DNA from: a virus
IMG/VR virus record: IMGVR_UViG_3300032246_001180
Span: 104,243 to 168,242 of that record
DNA length: 64,000 nucleotides
Strand: one strand, 5' to 3'
The notes beneath the pieces are model-generated. The model worked only from the letters and a program-made list of their open reading frames with translations, was not told the DNA's origin and searched no databases. The first letter of the stretch is position 1. Every line of letters starts with the position of its first letter. Made by a program: the position numbers and the translations under genes. Shown here piece by piece: positions 55,557 through 64,000 of the stretch.

Positions 55557-57879
55557 TACAGTTTCCATTCTAAGTTATGCCAACACTTTTGGTGATTGGT
55601 TGGTTGCGACCAACGCCATAGGCAAAGAGCATAATGACCTAGTGTCCAATAATTGGACAAAATCCACAGGAACGTTATACTTAAACGATTCTAGTTTGGG
55701 TTTACAAGTAGGTTCAGGTGCAATTTTTGCTGGTGCTTTGCAAGTTCAAGGTACAGGTTCTACAGCTTATATTCAAAATAACCTTCGTGTAGACGGAACT
55801 ATTCAATCTACAAATACATCAAACAGTATTTTTACTGGCGGACCAATTACCGCATTAGGAAAAGTTACTTCAAACGCTACTGGTTTAGGTTTATATATTG
55901 CAAACAATGCTACAATTGCTGGTATAGCTAACGCAGCAAATTTATTTGTAACAACCAGCACGACAACAGGCAACTTACAAGTACAGTATGCGACAACAAC
56001 GGGCACATTACAATCTAATACAACAGGAAATTTTGGCACTTCATTAGTTGTTGGTACGACCATATCTTCTGGTGGTCAAACTTATGCGTCAGCAATACAA
56101 GCAAATACAACCGCTAATATTGGAACATCTCTGGTTGTTGGTACAACTATATCTTCAGGTGGCGGTGCGTGGCATTCGTCTGTACAGGCCAACACCACAG
56201 CAAACATTGGTACTTCTGCGGTCATTGGTACTACATTGTCCGCTGGCGGTGGTGCATGGGTTAATGCTCTAACATCAAATACGGCTGCAAACATAGGCAC
56301 CGCTTTACTTGTTGGTACAACCGCAACTGTAGTAGGCAAGACTTATACTGATGCGTTACAAGCGAACAACGGAATAACTACAACAAATATTAGTGGTACT
56401 GGTACCGCTTTTATGAATGTTGTGCAGGCAAATACATCGGTTAATACAAGAACACTTAGTGTTACTGGTACAGGTTCGTTTGATACAATTATTGCTAATA
56501 CAGCATTTACATCGCCAGCTGCAGCAGGTCAATTGTATAGTCTAGCTGTTGGTGTTGGTGGTATGACTGTTGCAGGTACATTCACCATCAACGGTGCAAC
56601 AGTCTATAATACACCAACATTTACTCTAAGTGCATTAACACCATTAAGCAAAGACAACAATGGATCAGTTAACTTTACTGCTTATAGAGTTGTGGGTAAC
56701 TCTGCAAATACACTTACTGTTACACAACAAATTGCGGCAAACGTAGCTAACGTAGCAAATGCCACACTCAGATTTAATAACTCAAATAACTATTGGGAAC
56801 TTGCAAACACCTCCGCCAATACTCTCGGATATGCAACATCTAATGGTTATTTTTATCGCATACTTACACAAGAATTAATTGATAATTCAGGTACACAATC
56901 AACCATCGCAAGTGCAAACATAGCATCTGCATACTTGGCTAACGTTTTAAATACTGCGATTCAAACTGCCAACACATTTAACCAAGCAAACACTTTAACT
57001 GCAAGATTAAATGCTGAAGCAAATACGGGTGCAGCTTTAGCAGCTGGAAAAGTATACACAGATACAGCCAACACATCGTTGAAGTCTTATACGGACAATT
57101 CAATAACAAACAACGCAATTAATCCTGTTACGGCTGCATATGCTCGTGCAAACACGGCTGCAAATACATTTAATGGTACTACAGGTCAAGCGGTAGCCAA
57201 TACTGGTATAATTACTTTCTCAAGTAATAACGGATTTGTAATCTCTGGTACAGCAAATACATTATATTTAAATAGTGCTCAAGATTTAAGAACAACTGCA
57301 ACACCATCGTTTGCTGATTTAACTATAAGTGCTGGTAAACCAACTTCGCCAACACCGGCAACCAACACCAGCAATACAATGATTGCTACAACTGCTTTTG
57401 TTCAGAACCAGTTGAACAACGGTAATGTATATCAACACACAGCAAATGTTTCAAACTTCCATGTTGTGGTTAATGATACCAGTACCAACGCAACAATGTA
57501 TCCTGTTTGGGTTACAACAACTGGTGCAAATGTAGCACTTAAAACTTCAACTACTAATCTGTATTTTAATCCAAGTACAGGTTCAGTAAGTGCAACAGTA
57601 TTCAACGCACTTTCTGATGAGAATAGAAAAGAAAATATTGTTCCAATTGTTGGTGCATTGTCAATAGTTAAAAAAATTGAAGGTGTTGGATTTAATTGGA
57701 AAGATAATGGTAATAAATCTTATGGTCATATTGCTCAAAGATTGGAAGAAATTCTACCTGAGTTGGTAGATACAAATTCAGAAGGTGTCAAGTCAGTTAA
57801 CTATAATGGTATAATTGCCTTCTTGGTTGAAGCCGTAAAAGAGATGGACAAACGTATCATAGAATTGGAAAGTAAATAA
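55549..57879 (+). CDS. tail fibre with C-terminal intramolecular chaperone (peptidase S74)
   Basis: NTF.DW..TN start; SD...KENI, G.IAQ.LE..LPELV, V.Y.G....L.EA.KE. Confidence 0.85.
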   Translation: MANTVSILSYANTFGDWLVATNAIGKEHNDLVSNNWTKSTGTLYLNDSSLGLQVGSGAIFAGALQVQGTGSTAYIQNNLRVDGTIQSTNTSNSIFTGGPITALGKVTSNATGLGLYIANNATIAGIANAANLFVTTSTTTGNLQVQYATTTGTLQSNTTGNFGTSLVVGTTISSGGQTYASAIQANTTANIGTSLVVGTTISSGGGAWHSSVQANTTANIGTSAVIGTTLSAGGGAWVNALTSNTAANIGTALLVGTTATVVGKTYTDALQANNGITTTNISGTGTAFMNVVQANTSVNTRTLSVTGTGSFDTIIANTAFTSPAAAGQLYSLAVGVGGMTVAGTFTINGATVYNTPTFTLSALTPLSKDNNGSVNFTAYRVVGNSANTLTVTQQIAANVANVANATLRFNNSNNYWELANTSANTLGYATSNGYFYRILTQELIDNSGTQSTIASANIASAYLANVLNTAIQTANTFNQANTLTARLNAEANTGAALAAGKVYTDTANTSLKSYTDNSITNNAINPVTAAYARANTAANTFNGTTGQAVANTGIITFSSNNGFVISGTANTLYLNSAQDLRTTATPSFADLTISAGKPTSPTPATNTSNTMIATTAFVQNQLNNGNVYQHTANVSNFHVVVNDTSTNATMYPVWVTTTGANVALKTSTTNLYFNPSTGSVSATVFNALSDENRKENIVPIVGALSIVKKIEGVGFNWKDNGNKSYGHIAQRLEEILPELVDTNSEGVKSVNYNGIIAFLVEAVKEMDKRIIELESK

Positions 57880-57880
57880 C

Positions 57881-58216
57881 ATGGCTGCAGGATATCAAGA
57901 TATTTACTTAGAACAAGGTGTAACATATGTCAATCAAATTACTTTGGATGATGTTACTGGTTCACCTTACAATTTAACGGGATTTTCTGTACACAGTCAA
58001 GCAAGAAAATCATACTTCTCAACAAATCCAACAATCACATTTGTTGCCACAATTTATGATGCAAATAATGGTATAATTCAATTGTCTGCCAATTCAGCTG
58101 TAACCGCAAATGTTGCAGCTGGAAAATTAGTTTATGATGTTGTTATTTCAACTGCAAATACAACAACCCGTGTACTTGAAGGCCAAATATTTGTATCTCC
58201 AGCCGTAACTAGATAA
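57881..58216 (+). CDS. conserved virion adaptor-like protein
   Basis: EQG, NLTG, Q.RKSY, YDV, RVLEG...V.P.VT. Confidence 0.7.
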   Translation: MAAGYQDIYLEQGVTYVNQITLDDVTGSPYNLTGFSVHSQARKSYFSTNPTITFVATIYDANNGIIQLSANSAVTANVAAGKLVYDVVISTANTTTRVLEGQIFVSPAVTR

Positions 58217-58224
58217 GGCTAAAG

Positions 58225-58491
58225 ATGCCAAATGTCAGAGTCAACCCAATACAAAGTGTAAATGTAAGGGTAAATCAACGAAATCAAGTTACTGTTGCTT
58301 CGTCTTCTACTTTTGTGGCTGCTACGGACGCACAAGCACAAATTGATTTTGCTTTACAACAAGCAAATACTGCGGTTGCAACTGCGGGACAGGCTTATAT
58401 TGTTGCAAATTCTGCCTATGCTTTGGCCAATACTGCAAATACCAGTGTTGCCGAGTTAGGAACTTTAATTGACGGCGGCACTTTTTCATAA
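58225..58491 (+). CDS. short fibre-associated protein
   Basis: AN-rich coiled repeats; ends IDGGTFS. Confidence 0.6.
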   Translation: MPNVRVNPIQSVNVRVNQRNQVTVASSSTFVAATDAQAQIDFALQQANTAVATAGQAYIVANSAYALANTANTSVAELGTLIDGGTFS

Positions 58492-58524
58492 ATACTACAA
58501 TAACAATAACAATAGGACTTTAAA

Positions 58525-60399
58525 ATGGCCATTTCTAACACAAGCATCCTGATTAAACGTTCGGCTGTAGGCGGAACAGGGCGCCCAAGTTCATTACTTG
58601 CTGGTGAATTAGCTTATTCTTATGCATCAAACACAATTTTTATTGGTTCTCCAACAGGTAACGGTGTCGTTAACGTTGGTGGTCAATTCTATACTGCACA
58701 GGTTGATGCTGCAACTAGTTCAAATACTGCAAGTACATTAGTAAAACGTGATGTTAATGGTATGTTTGCTGGTCGTTTGACTGGTATTGCAGATAAAGCA
58801 GACATTTTAACTAACGCCAGAAACTTTAGTATCTCTGGTACAGACATTACCGCATCAGCACAAAGCTTTGACGGTTCTGCGGCCATAACCTTAAACGCAG
58901 CTCTTAATGCTGTTCCTGGTCTTTCTGCTGGTTCTTATGGTTCAACCACAGCAATTCCTGTTGTTACTGTTGGTGCAAACGGTCGTGTTCTTGCAATTTC
59001 TACATCAGCAATTTCTACATCATTTAACATTAATGATGGCACAAACAGCAACACGATTAACGGTGGTTCAACATTCTACCATCTTGGTACGAAAGGTATC
59101 ACAACCGCTGTTACTGCAAACACAGTAACTTTTGGCACAGACAACACAGTTGTTCGTTCTAACACAACATCTGTTGGTCCACAAACCATCGGTACAGACG
59201 TACAGATTTCTGGTAACTTAACTGTTACAGGTACAACAACTTATGTAAACACATCAATCGTACAGACTAACGATTCGATGATTCAACTGGCTGCAAACAA
59301 TACTGTAGGCGATGTAATCGATATCGGTTTCGTTGGAACATATAACAACGGTTCACAAGTTGCAACCGGTCTTGTTCGTGATGCAGGTAACAAAGCATAC
59401 TACTTGTTTAAAGATGTTGCCGCAGGTTCCATCTCTGCTGCCAACACGATTGCAAATAACTTATTTACTGCCGCTAATACGGCAACTCTGTATGCTAACT
59501 TGATGGCCAACACGGCATCTATTACTGGTACAGTAACCTTAGGCACCGCACTAACAGTACCTAGCGGTGGTACAGGTCAGACTACATTTACTTCAGGTCA
59601 AATACTTGTTGGTTCTGGTGTCAATGGTCTTGCACAAGTTGCTAACGTATCGACCGCAATCGGTCAGAGTTTTGGTTCTGCATCAGTTGTTCCTGTGTTC
59701 CAAACAGATGCTTATGGCCGTGTTTCTGCCGTAACTAATACAAGTATTTCGATTGCTGCCTCTCAAGTTACTTCTGGTCAATTAGCAATTGCTCAAGGTG
59801 GTACAAACGCTGCTTCATATGCACAGAATGGTTTACTATTCTACAACGGCACATCGTTCTTAACATCTGCTAACCAAACTGCATACACCACACAAGGCGG
59901 TGCAAGTTATGTTCCATCTATTACAACAAACGCACTTGGCCAAGTTACTGCAATCGCTAATACACAGATTGCAATTGACGTTGCTAACATTACTTCGGGT
60001 ACATTAGGTTACTCTAGAGGCGGTACAGGTGTTACCTCATACACAACTAGTGCTTTACTTGTTGCTGGCGCTACAGGATTGGTATCATTAGCTAACTCAA
60101 CATATACTGTAACAGGTACACCTGCAGCAAACAACACAGTTACTTCTATGACTGTTGATGCGTATGGTCGTACAACTGCAAAAACATATGCTGCAATATC
60201 CGGACTAACTGTTGGTCAAGGCGGTACAGGATTTGCAACTGCAACTACAAAAGGTATAGTATACGGCAACGGTACAGGTGCATTACAAGTTACCAATGCG
60301 GCCGATACTGGCGACCAAACATGGAGTAACCAAATTCTTACTGTAACCAATGCGGGTATACCTGTGTGGTCTACAGCAATGGATGGAGGATCGTTCTAA
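58525..60399 (+). CDS. fibre protein (Mtd-N-like N-terminus)
   Basis: ILIKRS...P.SL..GELAYS; GGTG and D.YGR repeats; ends DGGSF. Confidence 0.75.
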   Translation: MAISNTSILIKRSAVGGTGRPSSLLAGELAYSYASNTIFIGSPTGNGVVNVGGQFYTAQVDAATSSNTASTLVKRDVNGMFAGRLTGIADKADILTNARNFSISGTDITASAQSFDGSAAITLNAALNAVPGLSAGSYGSTTAIPVVTVGANGRVLAISTSAISTSFNINDGTNSNTINGGSTFYHLGTKGITTAVTANTVTFGTDNTVVRSNTTSVGPQTIGTDVQISGNLTVTGTTTYVNTSIVQTNDSMIQLAANNTVGDVIDIGFVGTYNNGSQVATGLVRDAGNKAYYLFKDVAAGSISAANTIANNLFTAANTATLYANLMANTASITGTVTLGTALTVPSGGTGQTTFTSGQILVGSGVNGLAQVANVSTAIGQSFGSASVVPVFQTDAYGRVSAVTNTSISIAASQVTSGQLAIAQGGTNAASYAQNGLLFYNGTSFLTSANQTAYTTQGGASYVPSITTNALGQVTAIANTQIAIDVANITSGTLGYSRGGTGVTSYTTSALLVAGATGLVSLANSTYTVTGTPAANNTVTSMTVDAYGRTTAKTYAAISGLTVGQGGTGFATATTKGIVYGNGTGALQVTNAADTGDQTWSNQILTVTNAGIPVWSTAMDGGSF

Positions 60400-60434
60400 A
60401 TACTTTGTAATTATTTTATAATAGGGAGTTTGAA

Positions 60435-61004
60435 ATGAGTGAAAATTATGTCAATCATTATGTTGAAATTTTAACTGGTACAATGACAGATGCTGTAATT
60501 AGAAATATCTCTTTACAGGCAAACGCAAAAATTAGTGATGAAATTATTGCTGAATTGAATAGGCAAATTGAAGGATTAAATTCTTCTCTTGAAGGTTATG
60601 AAAAAGGCCAAAATAGTGAGGTTGAAAATTTAAAAAGTTCAATCAACGAACATTTGGCCACCATAACCAGACTTAATAATGATATTGCTAATTTGAATAC
60701 GATGCGTGGTGAGTATGAAAACATTAAACATCAGGTTCAACACGTTGATACATTCAGAAATGAATTGGTTAAAGCCAGAGATGAACATAAAAAAGTTTGT
60801 GACCAATATGAATCTAGAATTTTAGGTTTGAATACAGAACATCAAGTTAAAATTTCAGAACTAAATGATAGAATAGAGTATTTGCAATTAACTCCCGCCA
60901 AGCGAAAGAAAATTGATGATGAGAAGGCTAAGCAGGTTGAACCTATATTAAATGGTGTTCTTCCTATTATGCAAGAACCAATCAAGGATGGCGGAAGTTT
61001 TTAA
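60435..61004 (+). CDS. coiled-coil protein
   Basis: heptad pattern; ends DGGSF. Confidence 0.65.
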   Translation: MSENYVNHYVEILTGTMTDAVIRNISLQANAKISDEIIAELNRQIEGLNSSLEGYEKGQNSEVENLKSSINEHLATITRLNNDIANLNTMRGEYENIKHQVQHVDTFRNELVKARDEHKKVCDQYESRILGLNTEHQVKISELNDRIEYLQLTPAKRKKIDDEKAKQVEPILNGVLPIMQEPIKDGGSF

Positions 61005-61007
61005 TAA

Positions 61008-63863
61008 ATGGCAATAGCAAATACAACAATCCAACTTAAAAAATCGGGAGCAACAGGTAACGTACCAACATCACTAAATTTAGGTGAGTTGGCGTTAAAC
61101 TATGCCGATGGAAGGTTGTATTATAAAAATTCAGTAGGCACCATAACTTACATTTCAAGTGGTGCTACTAGCAATTCTTTTGCCACCATCAATGCTAACT
61201 CATCGTTAGTAATTGCAACCTCAAATACTGATATTCTCAGTATCGCACCTGGCAATAACATTACTGTTACTGCCAACACCACATCAAAAACAATCACAGT
61301 TGGTCTTTCTAATAATATTACCATTCCTGGAACATTAACAACAGGTAGTGGGTCTGGTGGTTATATTACTGGTGCGAATATAATCTATGCAAACACATTT
61401 GTTGCAAACACAGGTGGCATAACCTCAAACGGAATTGTAACTGTTAATTATATTAATGCAACAACTACTTCTAATGCTGCAATTGAAATGTATGGTGCCA
61501 ACACAAAAGGTGGCACAGGATATTTTGATTTTATTGCAGCAAACAATAAAAGTGCTGGCACAACGAATCCAAATAAATGGTTTAGAATTGATTCGAATGG
61601 TAAATTTCAAATCATCAATTCTTTATACACAGCTGCCATTTTTGATTTAAATGATTCTGGTTACTTAACAGTACCAGGCGGTATTGCAACATCACAGTAC
61701 ATACAATTCTCGGATGGTTCAAGACAGTATGCTGCCAATTCGTCTTTATCTAATACTCAAATACTATCAGGTTTAAAAACTGTATCTAATACCTCTAACA
61801 TTACTTTTGATTGGGTCGCATCTGCAAATAATGGTCAAGGCTTTAACTTTAAAGTTGGTGATGATACTTGGATTGGTGATATTAATGTTGCCGATACAAT
61901 GTCCGTTCGTGGTCAACAAAATGCTGCAAACGGATATATCATATTTGGTAATGCAGATAGCACTTCAAAATTGGGTCGTGCTGGTTCTGGACCACTAACT
62001 TATGCTGGTGGATTTAATGCCACTTATATTCAATTTGGTGATGGCACAACACAATATACCGCTAACGCTGGTGGCGCAGGAAGTTCTGATACTATTGCTA
62101 GAAATATTGGTTCTGCAGCATATACTCAAGCAAACGCTGCATTTATTCAGGCCAATGCGGCTTTTGCTCAAGCAAATGCAACTGCTGGTGGATTAGTTAC
62201 TGCTAACACAAACATAACAACCGCTAATAATGCGGCTTGGGCTGCATATGCGGCTGGTAATACTAATGCAACTAACATTACTGCGGTAAATAATTTTGCT
62301 GCAGCTGCCTTTGCCAATGCTAATGCGGCTTTTGCAACTGCTAACTCAGCACAATCCAATACAGTTATTATTCAAGGTGTTGATACAGCACAGAATACCC
62401 GCATGACTATCATCGAAGGTGTTGATACAGCACAGAACACCAGAATGACTATTATTGATGGTGTAAATCTTGGTCAAAACACTTTCATGCAGGCCGCTTT
62501 CAACAAGGCAAACACCTCGATACAAACTACTGGTGACCAAAGCATCACCGGTAACCTAACAATCTCCAAAGATTTGTCTGTTACAGGTAACTTGATTGTT
62601 CTAGGTAACACTATTGCAATTAATACTTCATCTTTTACGGTAGTCGATTCGTTGATTACATTAGGTATTGGAAACTACACCACAGACGTATTAGATATTG
62701 GTTTTGCTGGACACTATAATGATGGTAGTAATGCTCATGCTGGCTTTATCCGTGATGCAACCACAAAAGACTGGTACATCTTTAAAGGTTATACACCAGA
62801 ACTAAATGCAAATAATAATGTTGATATCAATGACGCTTCGTTTAGAAAAGCCAACGTCAACTTTGATTATGGTAAAGGCAATCTGATTGCTACTACTGCA
62901 ACTGTAAATGGTTGGGACGTATCTTCTGTATGGTCTACACAGAATACTAATATCACCGCTGTAAACACTTATGCTGGTTCTGCTTATGCTCAAGCAAATG
63001 CAACTGCTGGTGGATTAGTTACTGCTAATATTAATATTACGACCGCTAACAATGCTGCGTGGGCAGCTTATGCTGCTGGTAATACTAATGCAACCAATAT
63101 TACAGCGGTCAATACTTATGCTGGTTCTGCATATGCGGCCGCCAACTTAGCATTAGGTATTGATGCATCACAAAATACTCTTATTACGGCCGCAAATACA
63201 ACGGCCACAACAGGTAATAATGCGGCTCAGGCGGCCTTTGCGTTAGCTAATACCCATACATCACAGATAACAATCATACAAGGTGTGGATGTTGGTCAGA
63301 ACACCAGAATGACCATCATTGAAGGTGTTGATGTAACGCAAAACGCTCGCATGACAATCATTGAGGGTGTTGATACAACACAGAATACAAACATCACAAC
63401 GGCCAATACTAGAGCATACAATTCTGTATTGAAGACCGGTGATGTAATGACAGGCGCTCTAAATATTGCTGTTACAACAGCCGCAACATCATTGACTACG
63501 GGTGCTTTGATTGTTGGTGGCGGTTTGTCTGTATTAGGCAACGCATATTCTACTGCCGTATACACCAACGGATTATACTACGCTGCGAACGGTCTTCCTA
63601 TTTCAACTGGAGGAGGTGGCGGCGGTTCTTCTTTTGGTACCGTTTCTGTTCTCGGTTCGCAAACCGCAAATATTGTAGCTTCAGCATCGAACACACTATT
63701 AACCTTTAGTGCTGGATCCGGAGTTACAATTACTCCTTATTCTTCGAATAACACCGTAAGTATTGGTATATTAGGCGGAGCTCAAGGAGTTCAACTGGAT
63801 TGGGGTCTTATAACTGATACCTTTAGTGCGGTGACCTTTGATTTTGGACCAAGCCTAGTATGA
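61008..63863 (+). CDS. long fibre protein
   Basis: IQLKKS...P.SL..GELA.NY.DG; A/N/T-rich repeats; IIEGVDTAQNTRMT repeats. Confidence 0.75.
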   Translation: MAIANTTIQLKKSGATGNVPTSLNLGELALNYADGRLYYKNSVGTITYISSGATSNSFATINANSSLVIATSNTDILSIAPGNNITVTANTTSKTITVGLSNNITIPGTLTTGSGSGGYITGANIIYANTFVANTGGITSNGIVTVNYINATTTSNAAIEMYGANTKGGTGYFDFIAANNKSAGTTNPNKWFRIDSNGKFQIINSLYTAAIFDLNDSGYLTVPGGIATSQYIQFSDGSRQYAANSSLSNTQILSGLKTVSNTSNITFDWVASANNGQGFNFKVGDDTWIGDINVADTMSVRGQQNAANGYIIFGNADSTSKLGRAGSGPLTYAGGFNATYIQFGDGTTQYTANAGGAGSSDTIARNIGSAAYTQANAAFIQANAAFAQANATAGGLVTANTNITTANNAAWAAYAAGNTNATNITAVNNFAAAAFANANAAFATANSAQSNTVIIQGVDTAQNTRMTIIEGVDTAQNTRMTIIDGVNLGQNTFMQAAFNKANTSIQTTGDQSITGNLTISKDLSVTGNLIVLGNTIAINTSSFTVVDSLITLGIGNYTTDVLDIGFAGHYNDGSNAHAGFIRDATTKDWYIFKGYTPELNANNNVDINDASFRKANVNFDYGKGNLIATTATVNGWDVSSVWSTQNTNITAVNTYAGSAYAQANATAGGLVTANINITTANNAAWAAYAAGNTNATNITAVNTYAGSAYAAANLALGIDASQNTLITAANTTATTGNNAAQAAFALANTHTSQITIIQGVDVGQNTRMTIIEGVDVTQNARMTIIEGVDTTQNTNITTANTRAYNSVLKTGDVMTGALNIAVTTAATSLTTGALIVGGGLSVLGNAYSTAVYTNGLYYAANGLPISTGGGGGGSSFGTVSVLGSQTANIVASASNTLLTFSAGSGVTITPYSSNNTVSIGILGGAQGVQLDWGLITDTFSAVTFDFGPSLV

Positions 63864-63989
63864 TAATAAATACTATACAATCTAATTAGAAATTTGGAAG
63901 GCAGAAGATTTAAAAACTTTCTTCGAAGAGTCAAACTTCAACTTCAACTTCAACTTCTTAGTACTGGAGCTTGAAGTTTCTTTTTTCCC

Positions 63990-64000
63990 AGATCGGAAGA
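63990..64000 (+). other. possible Illumina adapter remnant
   Basis: AGATCGGAAGA matches the start of the TruSeq adapter AGATCGGAAGAGC. Confidence 0.55.

Noticed and set aside
1-64000. CRISPR array, integrase, transposase, intron/intein or DGR
   Set aside because: No repeat-spacer arrays, recombinase, RT, homing endonuclease or intein motifs were recognised.

Overview
AT-rich segment of a large T4-like myovirus genome. The host is inferred to be a betaproteobacterium from two Bug/TctC solute-binding proteins and a proteobacterial-type tmRNA tag. Layout: (1) about 1-20.5 kb, an early/accessory region of short ORFs with sigma70-type promoters, plus a CobS-like AAA ATPase, phosphoesterase, exonucleases, epimerase, Bug proteins, 2OG-Fe(II) oxygenases and a DenV-like glycosylase. 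(2) 20.5-27.4 kb: secreted nuclease, circularly permuted two-piece tmRNA, SleB-type hydrolase, gp33, gp59, gp32, a DUF401 permease and a porin. (3) 27.4-33.9 kb on the minus strand: gp4, gp2, tube initiator, gp26/gp51-like and two tape-measure-like paralogues. (4) 33.9-63.9 kb: baseplate and fibre genes. Strongest unusual signals: the permuted tmRNA (with a possible ArfA-like protein elsewhere); an SD-stimulated -1 frameshift joining the gp26-like and gp51-like frames in a lambda G/GT-like position; a structured element at 6.45-6.65 kb; an early promoter class with a TGTTG-N8-CAACA palindrome and 16-bp spacer; and a possible phage-encoded solute uptake set. All product calls come from motif recognition by eye, not database searches.
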